A DNA stretch of 32,000 bases from Acaryochloris marina MBIC11017. GTDB taxonomy: Bacteria; Cyanobacteriota; Cyanobacteriia; Thermosynechococcales; Thermosynechococcaceae. The notes below the pieces were generated by a model. The model was not told the DNA's origin. It did not search any database and saw only the letters and a program-made list of their open reading frames with translations. A program made the translations under genes and the position numbers. Below, piece after piece: positions 17,441 through 28,277 of this stretch. Location of the stretch: positions 5,820,001 through 5,852,000 of the forward strand of contig NC_009925.1 of assembly GCF_000018105.1 (NCBI RefSeq), read 5' to 3'. The stretch's first letter is position 1. Each line of letters starts with the position of its first letter.

Positions 17441-18487
17441 GTGGATAACGTTATCGGCCTAGAGATCATTGAGGTGGTTGAACAAGCAGCCATTGCCTCA
17501 GCTCGATGGATGGGAAAAGGTGAAAAAGATACTGCAGATCATGTTGCAGTAGAAGCCATGCGCGATCGCATGAACAAAATCCATATGCGGGGCCGCATCG
17601 TTATTGGAGAAGGGGAAAGAGATGATGCCCCTATGCTTTATATCGGCGAGGAACTGGGCATTTGCACTCAGCCCGATGCTGCTCAAGTTTGCAACCCCGA
17701 TGAGTTGCTAGAGATCGATATTGCAGTGGACCCCTGCGAAGGAACCAACCTGGTTGCTTACGGCCAGAACGGCTCTATGGCTGTCCTCGCCATTTCTGAG
17801 AAAGGCGGATTGTTTGCAGCGCCCGATTTCTACATGAAGAAATTGGCTGCTCCTCCTGCAGCCAAAGGCAAAGTAGATATCAACAAGTCCGCCACCGAGA
17901 ACCTACAAATTTTGGCTCAATGCCTGGATCGCTCCATCGAAGAATTGGTGGTCGTGGTTATGAAGCGAGAACGCCATAATGACCTCATCAAAGAAATCCG
18001 TGAAGCTGGAGCAAGAGTGGCGCTAATCACAGATGGAGACGTTTCCGCAGCTCTCTCCTGTGCCTTTTCTGGAACGAATATTCATGCCCTCATGGGAATT
18101 GGTGCAGCACCGGAAGGCGTGATTTCTGCGGCTGCCATGCGCGCACTAGGTGGTCATTTCCAGGGTCAACTCATCTATGATCCCGATATCGTCAAAACTG
18201 GACTAATTGGCGAGAGCAAGGAAAGCAACCTAGCTCGACTCAAGGAAATGGGCATTAGCGATCCTGATAAGGTTTATACCGCTGAAGAATTGGCCTGTGG
18301 TGAAACTGTTCTGTTTGCTGCTTGTGGAATTACTCCAGGCACCCTAATGAAAGGCGTTCGCTTCTTTGGTGGGGGTGCTAGAACTCAGTCCCTGGTTATT
18401 TCTACCCAGTCCAAGACCGCCCGATTTGTCGATACCGTTCACATGTTTGAAACGCCTAAACGTCCTAAGGCACTTCAGTTACATTAG
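17441..18487 (+). CDS. glpX: Class II fructose-1,6-bisphosphatase / sedoheptulose-1,7-bisphosphatase (cyanobacterial dual-function F-I type)
   Basis: Near-identical over long blocks to my memory of the Synechocystis enzyme ([98 protein letters not shown]). It starts at GTG, with AGGAGG 8 nt upstream. Confidence 0.95.
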   Translation: MDNVIGLEIIEVVEQAAIASARWMGKGEKDTADHVAVEAMRDRMNKIHMRGRIVIGEGERDDAPMLYIGEELGICTQPDAAQVCNPDELLEIDIAVDPCEGTNLVAYGQNGSMAVLAISEKGGLFAAPDFYMKKLAAPPAAKGKVDINKSATENLQILAQCLDRSIEELVVVVMKRERHNDLIKEIREAGARVALITDGDVSAALSCAFSGTNIHALMGIGAAPEGVISAAAMRALGGHFQGQLIYDPDIVKTGLIGESKESNLARLKEMGISDPDKVYTAEELACGETVLFAACGITPGTLMKGVRFFGGGARTQSLVISTQSKTARFVDTVHMFETPKRPKALQLH

Positions 18488-18558
18488 GCGATAGCCTCTT
18501 AATTCTGAAGTTTGAATCCCTCAAACGACGCGGCTAGATAAACAGAGAAGGAGGACAC

Positions 18559-19860
18559 ATGAATATTGCGGTTGTCGGTTTAAGTCATAAAACAGCGCCA
18601 GTGGATGTGCGAGAAAAACTCAGCATTCCCGATGATGTGAAAGAAAAGGCTACCTCTCAATTAAGGAGTTATCCTCATTTAGAAGAAGTGGCAATTTTGA
18701 GTACCTGTAACCGCATGGAAGTCTATGTGGTTGCGCAAGAAACCGATGACGGTATTCGTGAGCTGACGCAGTTCTTATCTGAGTGGAGTCAAATCCCTCT
18801 GTTAGAGCTTCGTCAGCATTTGTTCATCCTTCTGCATCAAGATGCCGTCATGCATTTGATGCGGGTGTCTGCTGGACTAGATAGCTTGGTGTTGGGAGAA
18901 GGTCAAATCCTGGCCCAAGTGAAACAGACTCACAAATTGAGCCAAAAATACAGCGGCGCAGGCCCCATTCTCAATCGCTTATTTAAGCAGGCCATCTCTG
19001 CAGGTAAGCGAGTTCGAACCGAGACCAGTATCGGTACCGGAGCAGTATCGATCAGTTCAGCAGCAGTCGAACTTGCCCAGATTAAGACTGAAGATTTATC
19101 AGCCCATCGGGTCGCCATTATTGGAGCGGGCAAAATGTCTCGCTTGTTGGTCAAACATCTGCTGAGTAAAGGCGCTAATCAAATTGCCATTTTAAATCGG
19201 TCGTTGAAGCGAGCTGAGCAATTGGCCGATCAATTTCAAGGTGCTGATCTAAAACTGCATACTTTAGCCGATATGCAGGCAGTTCTAACCGAATCTGATT
19301 TAATTTTTACGAGTACGGCTTCAACCGAGCCTCTGTTGGATCGCGACATTCTAGAGCCCATCGTCTGCGATCGCCAATCTTGCATGATCTTTGATATCTC
19401 TGTACCTCGAAACGTTCACAGCAATGTGAATGAATTATCCCAAGTGCACGCCTTTAATGTGGATGACTTGAAGGCAGTGGTGGCTCAGAACCAAGAGAGC
19501 CGACGACAAATGGCACTAGAGGCTGAGTCCCTGTTAGAAGAAGAAGTTGCCAGTTTTGATGTCTGGTGGCGTTCCCTAGAGACAGTTCCCACCATCAGTA
19601 GTTTAAGAACGAAGGTCGAATCCATTCGAGAGCAGGAATTAGAAAAAGCGCTTTCTCGTCTAGGAACTGAGTTTGCCGAGAAACATCAAGAAGTGATTGA
19701 AGCGTTAACCCGAGGCATCGTCAACAAGATTTTGCACGACCCCATGGTTCAACTGCGGGCTCAACAAGATATTGAAGTCCGTCGCAAGGCCATGCAATCT
19801 CTCAATATGCTCTTTAATCTCAATTCTTCTCAAGGGGTTGCCAAACAGCGCAATACTTAG
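18559..19860 (+). CDS. hemA: Glutamyl-tRNA reductase
   Basis: 433 aa with [32 protein letters not shown] (catalytic Cys), [10 protein letters not shown] and the NADPH site [18 protein letters not shown] ribosome-binding site lies 5 nt upstream. Confidence 0.95.
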   Translation: MNIAVVGLSHKTAPVDVREKLSIPDDVKEKATSQLRSYPHLEEVAILSTCNRMEVYVVAQETDDGIRELTQFLSEWSQIPLLELRQHLFILLHQDAVMHLMRVSAGLDSLVLGEGQILAQVKQTHKLSQKYSGAGPILNRLFKQAISAGKRVRTETSIGTGAVSISSAAVELAQIKTEDLSAHRVAIIGAGKMSRLLVKHLLSKGANQIAILNRSLKRAEQLADQFQGADLKLHTLADMQAVLTESDLIFTSTASTEPLLDRDILEPIVCDRQSCMIFDISVPRNVHSNVNELSQVHAFNVDDLKAVVAQNQESRRQMALEAESLLEEEVASFDVWWRSLETVPTISSLRTKVESIREQELEKALSRLGTEFAEKHQEVIEALTRGIVNKILHDPMVQLRAQQDIEVRRKAMQSLNMLFNLNSSQGVAKQRNT

Positions 19861-20642
19861 GCTTCACGCTGGAACTTGTGCATCAATAACTGTTGACTAA
19901 CCAATAAGATAAACAGGGGGTTGTTGATTAGATAACGACGCCAAAGTCTTCGGGGCTCAACACAAAATCGGTAAAACCATTCAAGACCAAGCTGCATCAT
20001 CCATCGGGGAGATTGCTTCACTTCTCCACTGTGAAAGCTAAAGGCAGCTCCTACACCGATCATCACGGCATTTATTTTGCCCTGTTGACGAGCCATCCAT
20101 TGTTCTTGCTTAGGGCAGCCCAGGGCAACAAAAATCACGGATGCACCGGATGCGTTGATGCGATCGCAATCCTGTTGTTCCTCCTCTAAAGTTAAGGGCC
20201 GAAAGGGTGGTGAGTGGGACCCTGCTATTTTCAAGGTGGGGAATTGTTCACTTAATTTCTGAGTGAGCTTTTTGAGTATCTCTTCAGAACCCCCATAGAG
20301 GTATATGGAAAGGTCTTTTTCAGCTGCACGCTCACACCAAGCCAACATTAAGTCTGGACCATAGACTCTAGATTGACGGTCACTTCCCAACTGCCGCATC
20401 ACCCATACTAGCGGCATACCATCAGGGGTTACTAAAGCAGCGTCATTGATAACTTTTTGATACTCTGACTGCCAGAAACCAGTCATAACGACATGGACAT
20501 TGGCAGCAATCATATAGCTGGAGGTTTGGGATTCGGCCAATACTTGGATGAGATCGCAAGCGTCAGAATAGCTGGTGATGTCAATCCTGCTTTTCAATAT
20601 CCATTTTGAGTCTCCAATTGTTTTCATTGTGGTTGGAACCAT
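19857..20642 (-). CDS. WecB/TagA/CpsF-family glycosyltransferase
   Basis: 261 aa. Blocks [61 protein letters not shown] are typical of this GT26 family. Confidence 0.85.
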   Translation of the reverse strand: MVPTTMKTIGDSKWILKSRIDITSYSDACDLIQVLAESQTSSYMIAANVHVVMTGFWQSEYQKVINDAALVTPDGMPLVWVMRQLGSDRQSRVYGPDLMLAWCERAAEKDLSIYLYGGSEEILKKLTQKLSEQFPTLKIAGSHSPPFRPLTLEEEQQDCDRINASGASVIFVALGCPKQEQWMARQQGKINAVMIGVGAAFSFHSGEVKQSPRWMMQLGLEWFYRFCVEPRRLWRRYLINNPLFILLVSQQLLMHKFQREA

Positions 20643-21024
20643 TTTTATCTTTATGTGGAGGCCTGAACGCCGTTACCTAGGGCCAGATCATCTCCTGATT
20701 TGTTCATTCTTAGTATGGGATTATGCTAAACCAGGAGGCATTGGTATTGTCAGCCCAGTTGTTACTAGAATAACAAGCCTTTAGTAGGCACTCCGTGGGA
20801 CTTTGATAAAAAATGACTAGGGATGGGTACATTAGGGTGAGAAACCCATAATTACTAGGTTTTAAAGGCTGTAACAGGCAACCATCCTATCAGTTGGAAG
20901 ATGATCTGAACAGATTACTCTGGAAAGATCTTAGAGGTATTTACTTCGTAAATATCTGCCCAATATTTCTACTCAGGATTCACAGAAATAGAAACAAAAT
21001 CATTATTTTTTTAGGTATCTTTTG

Positions 21025-22383
21025 ATGGTCCAGGCTTCTTTACCTGAAATGGGAAATTTTGAGAACTTCAACCACTTCTCCCAACTTCAAGACAGCATTC
21101 TCAATCGAAAAGCAGTTGTCTGTGTGATTGGATTAGGCTATGTTGGTCTCCCGTTTGCTGTAGAGAAAGCGAAAGCAGGATTCGATGTCGTTGGTGTTGA
21201 ACAGAATCCAGCGAGAGCGGGACAGGTGAATCAGTCGGACAGCTACATTGATGATATCAGTTCTGCAGAACTGGGGGCTGCTGTGAGCGCCGGTAAGCTG
21301 AGGGCTTCAACTGATTTTGATGAGATCCGGAATGCTGATGTGATCGTTATCTGTGTCCCCACTCCGCTAACAAAAAATCTAACTCCCGATTTAAGTTATA
21401 TCGAAAGTGTCACCACAGAAATTTCACATCGGTTGAAACCTGGACAATTAATTGCATTGGAGTCTACGACGTATCCAGGCACAACTGATGAGGTGATGCG
21501 ACCTATTCTGGAAAAAAATAGTGGATTAGTTCAGGGAAAAGATTTCTTTCTAGCTCATTCCCCAGAACGGGTTGATCCTGGTAACCAGCGTTATACCACT
21601 CAGAATACAAATAAGGTTGTGGGCGCATCTGATGCACAATCCTTGGAAATAGCATTGTGTTTTTACCAACAAACCATTCAACATGTTGTCCCGGTAAGCA
21701 GTGCGAAGGCTGCAGAATTGGTAAAGGTATTTGAGAATACTTTTCGTGCGGTCAATATTGCCTTGGTAAATGAGCTGGCATTGTTGTGCGATCGCATTGA
21801 CTTAGATGTATGGGAAGTGCTAGATGCCGCTAACACTAAACCTTTTGGGATTATGCCCTTCTACCCTGGCCCAGGGGTAGGTGGTCATTGTATTCCTATT
21901 GATCCACATTATTTGGAGTGGAAAGCGAAAGAAGTCAATTTTAATACGCGCTTTATTGCTTTAGCAGGTGAGATTAATCGCCGTATGCCCTCTTTTGTGA
22001 GGAGTAAAGCTTTTAGAGTACTGAATCAGTTGGGAATAGCGCCTTCTAAAGCCCAAGTTTTAGTTTTGGGTGCCACCTACAAAAAAGACTTGGCGGATTG
22101 GAGAGAGTCCCCTGCGATCGAGGTGATGACAGCCTTAAAAAGAGATCAGGTTAACCTGTCCTATCACGATCTATATATTCCTGAAATTCAAGTGGATGGA
22201 CAAGTTCTGAACAGTATTGAGTTGACCCCAGAAACATTAGCCCAGATGGATCTGGTGCTCATTGCAACAGACCATAGTTGTGTTGACTACCCCTACGTAG
22301 TGCAGCATGCTAAAGCAGTTTTGGATACCCGTGGTATTACTCGCACATTGGACTGCGATCACACTAAAGTAACATTGCTCTGA
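21025..22383 (+). CDS. Nucleotide-sugar 6-dehydrogenase (UDP-GlcNAc/ManNAc dehydrogenase type, WbpO/WecC-like)
   Basis: It has the Rossmann motif VCVIGLGYVGLPFA, the catalytic Cys motif GPGVGGHCIPIDP, and the C-terminal UDP-binding domain (VLVLGATYKKDLADWRESPA). Confidence 0.9.
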   Translation: MVQASLPEMGNFENFNHFSQLQDSILNRKAVVCVIGLGYVGLPFAVEKAKAGFDVVGVEQNPARAGQVNQSDSYIDDISSAELGAAVSAGKLRASTDFDEIRNADVIVICVPTPLTKNLTPDLSYIESVTTEISHRLKPGQLIALESTTYPGTTDEVMRPILEKNSGLVQGKDFFLAHSPERVDPGNQRYTTQNTNKVVGASDAQSLEIALCFYQQTIQHVVPVSSAKAAELVKVFENTFRAVNIALVNELALLCDRIDLDVWEVLDAANTKPFGIMPFYPGPGVGGHCIPIDPHYLEWKAKEVNFNTRFIALAGEINRRMPSFVRSKAFRVLNQLGIAPSKAQVLVLGATYKKDLADWRESPAIEVMTALKRDQVNLSYHDLYIPEIQVDGQVLNSIELTPETLAQMDLVLIATDHSCVDYPYVVQHAKAVLDTRGITRTLDCDHTKVTLL

Positions 22384-22515
22384 TTCTTAAGGGTGCTTAC
22401 TGAATGTTCTAAGAGAATTAATCAGCAATGGAAAAACAGGTAAAAATTAGCCTGCATTCAATCTGTTTAAGTCCTCTTCAAATATCACTAAATGATGTAA
22501 AGGAAAACAATATCA

Positions 22516-23529
22516 ATGGAATTATCAGGCAAGCGAGTATTAGTTATTGGGGGAGCAGGTTTGATTGGCTCCCATACTGTTGATACTCTTCTTAAAGAGG
22601 ATGTTGAAGAAGTACGAATTTTTGATAATTTTACTCGAGGCAGCCGTGAAAACCTCTCAGAAGCACTCAAAGATCCACGATGTAATATTTTTCCCCTAGG
22701 TGGGGAGTTGATGCATCGCGACCTTTTGGATGCTGCAATGAAAGGCATTGATGGGGTTTTCCATTTTGCGGCTATGTGGTTATTGCATTGTTACAACTTT
22801 CCCAGATCTGCCTTTGAAGTCAACATTGGTGGAACCTTTAACGTATTGGAAGCTTGCATCAACAATGGTGTTCAGCGTTTAGTGTTCTCATCTTCTGCTT
22901 CGGTTTATGGGGATGCCGTTACGGAACCAATGACCGAAGATCATCCTTATAACAATCAAACCTTTTACGGAGCAACAAAGATTGCAGGGGAGCACATGTG
23001 TCATTCCCTCTATCACCGCTATAAAGACACTGATCAACATTTTGACTATGTTGGTTTGCGCTACATGAATGTCTTTGGTCCGCGGCAAGACTATCAAGGG
23101 ACCTATATTGCAGTCATTATGAAAATTCTCGATCGGTTAGATCAGGGATTGCCACCCATTATCTATGGTGATGGATCTCAAGCGTACGATTTTGTTTACG
23201 TTGAAGACTGTGCTCAAGCTAATGTTTGCGCGATGAAGGCTCAGGCCACTGATGCTTTTTACAATGTCGGTACTGGTATTAAAACCTCATTAAAAGAGTT
23301 AACGGAGTTGATCCTAGAGATCACAGGTTCTTCACAACAAATTCAGTACGAGCCAAGTGGACAAACGTTTGTGAAAAATCGAGTGGGATGTCCCCTGAAG
23401 GCAGAAGAAGAAATCAGCTTCAAAGCTAAAGTCCAACTTCGCGAAGGATTAGAGCGGTTAATTGTTTGGCGGAACCAGCATAAAGAGATTGTGGCCCAAA
23501 AACGAGAACATGCAGGAGTATTGGGATGA
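22516..23529 (+). CDS. NAD-dependent SDR nucleotide-sugar epimerase (GalE/WbpP-like)
   Basis: VLVIGGAGLIGSH, SSSASVYG and YGATK form the epimerase-type S/YxxxK triad, not the TDEVYG of 4,6-dehydratases. The stop overlaps the next start (ATGA). Confidence 0.85.
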   Translation: MELSGKRVLVIGGAGLIGSHTVDTLLKEDVEEVRIFDNFTRGSRENLSEALKDPRCNIFPLGGELMHRDLLDAAMKGIDGVFHFAAMWLLHCYNFPRSAFEVNIGGTFNVLEACINNGVQRLVFSSSASVYGDAVTEPMTEDHPYNNQTFYGATKIAGEHMCHSLYHRYKDTDQHFDYVGLRYMNVFGPRQDYQGTYIAVIMKILDRLDQGLPPIIYGDGSQAYDFVYVEDCAQANVCAMKAQATDAFYNVGTGIKTSLKELTELILEITGSSQQIQYEPSGQTFVKNRVGCPLKAEEEISFKAKVQLREGLERLIVWRNQHKEIVAQKREHAGVLG

Positions 23530-24671
23530 CAGAGCACCGCAATATTCCCATCTCACTACCATCAACGGGTGAAGAAGAATGGTTAGCGTTGAAAGAGCCT
23601 CTACTGTCTGGTTGGTTAACTCAAGGCCCTAAAGTTGCCGCTTTTGAAGCAGATTTTGCGAAGCGACATGGAGTCAAACATGCGGTCGCAACTACAAGTT
23701 GTACAACATCACTCCACTTAATCTTGACAGCCTTGGATATTGGCCCTGGTGATGAGGTAATTGTGCCAGCGTTTACTTGGGTCTCTACTGCAAATGTGGT
23801 TTTGTATTGCGGAGCTACACCTATTTTTGCTGATGTTGACCCTAAGACCTATAACTTAGCCATTGATCAAGTCGCCAATAAAATAACTGAACGGACAAAA
23901 GCGATTTTGCCTGTCCATTTATTCGGACGCTGTGCCGATATGGATGCTTTAGCAGAACTCGCTCCTAATATTCCTTTGGTGGAAGATGCGGCTTGTGCAG
24001 CTGGGGCAGCTTATAAGGGTAGAGCTGCTGGATCCCTTGGAATAGCAGGAGCCTTCTCATTCCATCCTCGCAAATCAATTACGACGGGTGAAGGGGGCAT
24101 GGTTACTACTAATGATGATGCCTTGGCAGATCGCATGCGAATCATTCGCAACCATGGTGCCAGTATTTCAGAAGAACAGCGTCATTTGGGTCCTAAACCT
24201 TATATTTTGCCTGAATTTAACCTGCTAGGGTTTAACTATCGGATGACGGATCTCCAGGGTGCAGTTGGTTTGGTGCAGTTGCAAAAACTGGATGGTTTGT
24301 TAGAGGAACGTCGGCAGTGGGCAGAATATTACAGCCGTGAGTTGGCTTCAATTAAATGGTTAAGGACGCCTCAGGTTACTGAGGAGTATTCCCATGGTTG
24401 GCAGGCCTATGTGTGCTTTGTTGATGAGACGGTTGCACCGCGGCCTCGAAATTCAATGATGGAGTTCCTTCAATCTAAAGGGGTTAGTACTCGGCCAGGT
24501 ACTCATGCGGTGCATTTATTGGGGTATTACAAAGATCGATTTGGTCTTGCTCCAGAGGATTTTCCTGGAGCAAGAGATTGCGATCGCTTCACGCTAGCAT
24601 TGCCCCTTCATAATCAAATGACTGCGTCCGACTATAGATATGTGGTGGCAGCCCTCAAGGAGCTGGAGTAA
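23526..24671 (+). CDS. DegT/DnrJ/EryC1/StrS-family PLP-dependent sugar aminotransferase
   Basis: 381 aa with TSCTTSLHL, the DEVIVPAFTWVSTAN block, and the PLP-lysine motif FSFHPRKSITTGEGG. Confidence 0.9.
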   Translation: MTEHRNIPISLPSTGEEEWLALKEPLLSGWLTQGPKVAAFEADFAKRHGVKHAVATTSCTTSLHLILTALDIGPGDEVIVPAFTWVSTANVVLYCGATPIFADVDPKTYNLAIDQVANKITERTKAILPVHLFGRCADMDALAELAPNIPLVEDAACAAGAAYKGRAAGSLGIAGAFSFHPRKSITTGEGGMVTTNDDALADRMRIIRNHGASISEEQRHLGPKPYILPEFNLLGFNYRMTDLQGAVGLVQLQKLDGLLEERRQWAEYYSRELASIKWLRTPQVTEEYSHGWQAYVCFVDETVAPRPRNSMMEFLQSKGVSTRPGTHAVHLLGYYKDRFGLAPEDFPGARDCDRFTLALPLHNQMTASDYRYVVAALKELE

Positions 24672-24674
24672 TCT

Positions 24675-26558
24675 ATGTGCGGTATAGCAGGGCTGATCCA
24701 TATTAATGGTGATCCCGTCTCTCCGGTGATTTTGCAGCACATGACTGATGCGATTGCCCATCGTGGCCCTGATGGTGAAGGGCATTGGATTGAAGCTAAT
24801 GTGGGTTTGGGCCATCGCCGTTTAGCTATCTTGGATTTGTCTCCTGCAGGACATCAGCCGATGGTATCGGCAGATCACCGTTTTGTGCTGAGCTATAACG
24901 GAGAGATTTATAACTATCAGACACTTCGCGCTGAATTGGAGACGATTGGCTACTGGTTTCGTTCTAAAACAGATAGTGAAGTGGTTCTCTATGCATTGGC
25001 AGAATGGGGAGTAAAGGCATTTGATCGGTTAAACGGAATGTTTGCCTTGGCTCTATGGGACCGTAAAACGAAATCGCTTTTACTCGCCCGAGATCGCTAC
25101 GGTATTAAACCTTTATATTACACACAGCAAGGTAGTCTGTTTACGTTTGGATCTGAGCAAAAAGCTTTGCTAGCGATACCCGGATTTGAACGTCGTCTAG
25201 ATAAACCAGCACTACTCGAATATTTTACGTTTCAGAATTTTTTTACGGATCGCACCTTGCTTGAAGGGGTCAGATTACTACCTGCAGGTCATTATGCCAT
25301 TTTGGATCTGGGGCAAAGTTCACCCGGCCTGAATATAAAGCAGTACTGGGATTATAACTTTTATGAACCAGCAGAGCCGATCAATGAGCAAGATTATAGA
25401 GAAGAATTAGATCGACTATTTCAACAAGCTGTCAATCGGCAATTGGTAAGCGATGTTGAGTTAGGATGCTACCTCAGTGGTGGGATAGATTCAGGTTCAA
25501 TTAGTGCGATCGCAGCCCGTTCCTATCCTTATCTAAAAAGTTTTACCTGTGGTTTTGATCTAAGTTCAGCTTCTGGGATTGAGCTTGCCTTTGACGAGCG
25601 GGCTCAAGCGGAAGCGATGTCTTACCACTTCAAAACAGAGCATTATGAAATGGTGCTCAAAGCAGGGGATATGGAACGGGTTCTACCAAAGCTAGCATGG
25701 CATTTAGAAGAACCTCGGGTAGGACAAAGTTACCCCAACTATTATGCCGCTCAGCTTGCAAGTAAGTTTGTAAAAGTAGTTTTAAGTGGTGCAGGAGGAG
25801 ATGAGCTTTTTGGAGGTTATCCCTGGCGCTATTACCGAGCAGTAGTCAATGAAGATTTTGAAAACTATATCGATAAGTACTACTTGTTTTGGCATCGCCT
25901 AATTCCTAACAGCCAACTTAAGAAAGTGTTTGCGCCCATATGGAATGATGTAAGCCAAGTATGGACACGTGACATTTTTCGTGATGTGTTTCAACATCAC
26001 CCAGACCGTTTAGAAGGACCAAAGGATTACATTAACCACTCGCTATATTTTGAAGCGAAAACGTTTCTACATGGCCTATTAGTTGTGGAAGACAAGCTAA
26101 GCATGGCTCATGGCTTAGAAAGCCGTGTGCCTTTTTTAGATAATGATTTAGTCAATTTTGCTATGGGGTGTCCAGTCAACTTAAAACTGAATAATTTGGC
26201 TGAGGTGGTGCGACTTAATGAAAATGATGTTGGCAACAAACCCCAAAAATTTTTTCAGAAAACTCGAGATGGTAAACAGATATTCCGGGATGTGATGCAG
26301 AAATATATCTCTGAAGACATTACTAAGGCTGAGAAGCAAGGATTTTCTGCTCCAGATGCAAGTTGGTTCAAAGGTGACAGTATTGAGTTTGTGAAACGGA
26401 AATTATTAGACCCAAATGCTGCAATTTATTCACTAGTAGATAGAAAGGCAGTGCAGGATTTGATTGAAGAACACTTAAATGGACAAAAAAATCGCCGTCT
26501 ACTAATTTGGTCTTTGCTGAATGTAGAAGAATTCATTCAGCAGATAGGTAGTTTGTAA
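24675..26558 (+). CDS. Asparagine synthase-like glutamine-dependent amidotransferase (WbpS-like)
   Basis: 627 aa. MCGIAG supplies the Ntn Cys2 nucleophile, GHRRLAILD is present, and the PP-loop is YLSGGIDSGSI. It appears catalytically intact. Confidence 0.9.
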   Translation: MCGIAGLIHINGDPVSPVILQHMTDAIAHRGPDGEGHWIEANVGLGHRRLAILDLSPAGHQPMVSADHRFVLSYNGEIYNYQTLRAELETIGYWFRSKTDSEVVLYALAEWGVKAFDRLNGMFALALWDRKTKSLLLARDRYGIKPLYYTQQGSLFTFGSEQKALLAIPGFERRLDKPALLEYFTFQNFFTDRTLLEGVRLLPAGHYAILDLGQSSPGLNIKQYWDYNFYEPAEPINEQDYREELDRLFQQAVNRQLVSDVELGCYLSGGIDSGSISAIAARSYPYLKSFTCGFDLSSASGIELAFDERAQAEAMSYHFKTEHYEMVLKAGDMERVLPKLAWHLEEPRVGQSYPNYYAAQLASKFVKVVLSGAGGDELFGGYPWRYYRAVVNEDFENYIDKYYLFWHRLIPNSQLKKVFAPIWNDVSQVWTRDIFRDVFQHHPDRLEGPKDYINHSLYFEAKTFLHGLLVVEDKLSMAHGLESRVPFLDNDLVNFAMGCPVNLKLNNLAEVVRLNENDVGNKPQKFFQKTRDGKQIFRDVMQKYISEDITKAEKQGFSAPDASWFKGDSIEFVKRKLLDPNAAIYSLVDRKAVQDLIEEHLNGQKNRRLLIWSLLNVEEFIQQIGSL

Positions 26559-27595
26559 TGGATATCCATCTAGAAATTCATAATAGCGATAATGTCAATA
26601 CCGAAGAATTATTAACGCTTAGTTGCAATTCTTTGATGCACTATACACCTCAATACTTAGAATTTTTATCTAGAGTCCTTATTAATGTAGAGGTCGCTTA
26701 TTTAGTTGCTCGCTATCATGGGGAGCTAAAGGGATTACTGCCATTAGCTATTTGCAATGATAGCAACATGGGCACAGTCATCAACTCTCTCCCTTTTTTT
26801 GGTAGTCATGGAGGGCCAATAGTAGTAGATAGAGATAACAGTAAACAGATCAACCTTGATTTGCTACATGCTTTTAAGGAACTAGCAATAGAACGGCAAT
26901 CTCGCTCTGCAACATTGATTGAAAACCCTTTTCACCCTTTGGATGATATTTTAATCGCTGCCTCAGGGGGATCTGTAGTTGATGATCGGATAGGGCAATT
27001 CACGAGACTTCCACAAGGAAAATCTGATATAGAAGAAGCCTTGTTTTCTTCTATTCATGTGAAAACTCGTAATGCTATTCGAAAAGGACAAAAGTATGGA
27101 CAGCGAATTCTACGCCGGACAGATTCACCTGCAATTGAATGGCTTCAAAAGGTTCACGAGCAGTCTATTCAGGCACTAGGAGGTATTGCCAAACCCCTTA
27201 ATATCTTCCAAACTTTGATGGATATTTTTGATGACAAAGCACGAGTATATATCGGTGAGTGTGATAATCAACCAACTAGCGGTTTATTTGTCATCTTATA
27301 TGGCAACACGGTTGAATATTTCACGCCTGTTATCGAATCAGAGTTTAAAAACAAACAGCTACTCTCTAGTCTGATATTTAGTGTGATGGCTGATCTCACA
27401 CGCGAAGGCTATAGCGTTTGGAATTGGGGTGGGACATGGCGTTCACAAGAAGGGGTATATAGATTCAAAAAACGTTGGGGAGCGCAGGATTATCCTTATC
27501 GATACTTAAATCAAGTTATGGATCCTGATTTTAAGTTTCAATCGAAGAATGCTCTCGTAAAATCTTTTCCATTCTTCTATCTATTTAAATATTGA
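26558..27595 (+). CDS. FemAB/FemX-like (GNAT-fold) transferase, function unknown
   Basis: 345 aa. The C-terminal GVYRFKKRWG resembles the G-x-Y-x-F-K-x-x-F/W-G motif of FemAB-family proteins, and the length fits a two-lobed GNAT. The start overlaps the asnB-like stop by 1 nt. The family call rests on motif memory only. Confidence 0.55.
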   Translation: MDIHLEIHNSDNVNTEELLTLSCNSLMHYTPQYLEFLSRVLINVEVAYLVARYHGELKGLLPLAICNDSNMGTVINSLPFFGSHGGPIVVDRDNSKQINLDLLHAFKELAIERQSRSATLIENPFHPLDDILIAASGGSVVDDRIGQFTRLPQGKSDIEEALFSSIHVKTRNAIRKGQKYGQRILRRTDSPAIEWLQKVHEQSIQALGGIAKPLNIFQTLMDIFDDKARVYIGECDNQPTSGLFVILYGNTVEYFTPVIESEFKNKQLLSSLIFSVMADLTREGYSVWNWGGTWRSQEGVYRFKKRWGAQDYPYRYLNQVMDPDFKFQSKNALVKSFPFFYLFKY

Positions 27596-27598
27596 AAT

Positions 27599-28276
27599 AT
27601 GACTAATAGATTTCAACATGTCAGAGAGCTATATGACCAGAGTTATAAACTATATGGAGACTCTCCTGCATCTCTACTTACACCAAAAGGTCGAAGTGAA
27701 CTTCGATTTAGAGCAATAGATCCATATTTAATTAGGAGCAATGTCCGTGTTCTCGACTATGGGTGTGGCTTAGGATATTTGTATGAATACCTAAACCAAT
27801 CAGGTTTTGAGGTTAATTATACAGGTATAGATATATTGCCTTCATTTATAAATGCCTGCCGCGATAAATATCCTGACTGTGCCAATTTTCATCAAATAGA
27901 ACCTGAGTCAAATATCACTGGTGAATATGATGTAGTTTTTGCATCTGGGGTGTTTAACTTGGTTAGTAGTAAAGACGAAGAATCATCTAAATCTTATGCC
28001 TATAACCGAATTAAACATCTATTTGAGATTACTCGTGAAGTTTTAGTCTGCGATTTTTTAAGTCCATATGTAGATTTTAAGCAAGAGTTAGCACAGCACT
28101 TTTCGATTGATGAAATCGCAAATTTATGTTCAAAATCACTTACTCGTCGCTTTATGATTCGCCATGACTTACTGCCTTATGAATTTACATTGATTGCGCA
28201 TCAAAAATCAAAAATTAAACGCCCTGAAAATTTTTTTGAAGTTGATGCTAACTTAAGCTTCAAAGGTGAAATATAA
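27599..28276 (+). CDS. Class I SAM-dependent methyltransferase
   Basis: 225 aa with motif I VLDYGCGLGYL and a post-I acidic residue (GIDI). The size is typical of small-molecule or sugar methyltransferases. Confidence 0.75.
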   Translation: MTNRFQHVRELYDQSYKLYGDSPASLLTPKGRSELRFRAIDPYLIRSNVRVLDYGCGLGYLYEYLNQSGFEVNYTGIDILPSFINACRDKYPDCANFHQIEPESNITGEYDVVFASGVFNLVSSKDEESSKSYAYNRIKHLFEITREVLVCDFLSPYVDFKQELAQHFSIDEIANLCSKSLTRRFMIRHDLLPYEFTLIAHQKSKIKRPENFFEVDANLSFKGEI

Positions 28277-28277
28277 A

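Noticed and set aside
20575-20784. ORF 20575-20784(+), 69 aa
   Set aside because: It overlaps the 5' end of the TagA-like gene antisense and runs into the AT-rich divergent promoter region. It has no motifs.
22488-22748. ORF 22488-22748(-), 86 aa, and other antisense ORFs in the operon (22888-23097, 23343-23537, 24594-24815, 28332-28541, 30983-31189)
   Set aside because: All lie antisense within motif-supported plus-strand genes of a tightly coupled operon.
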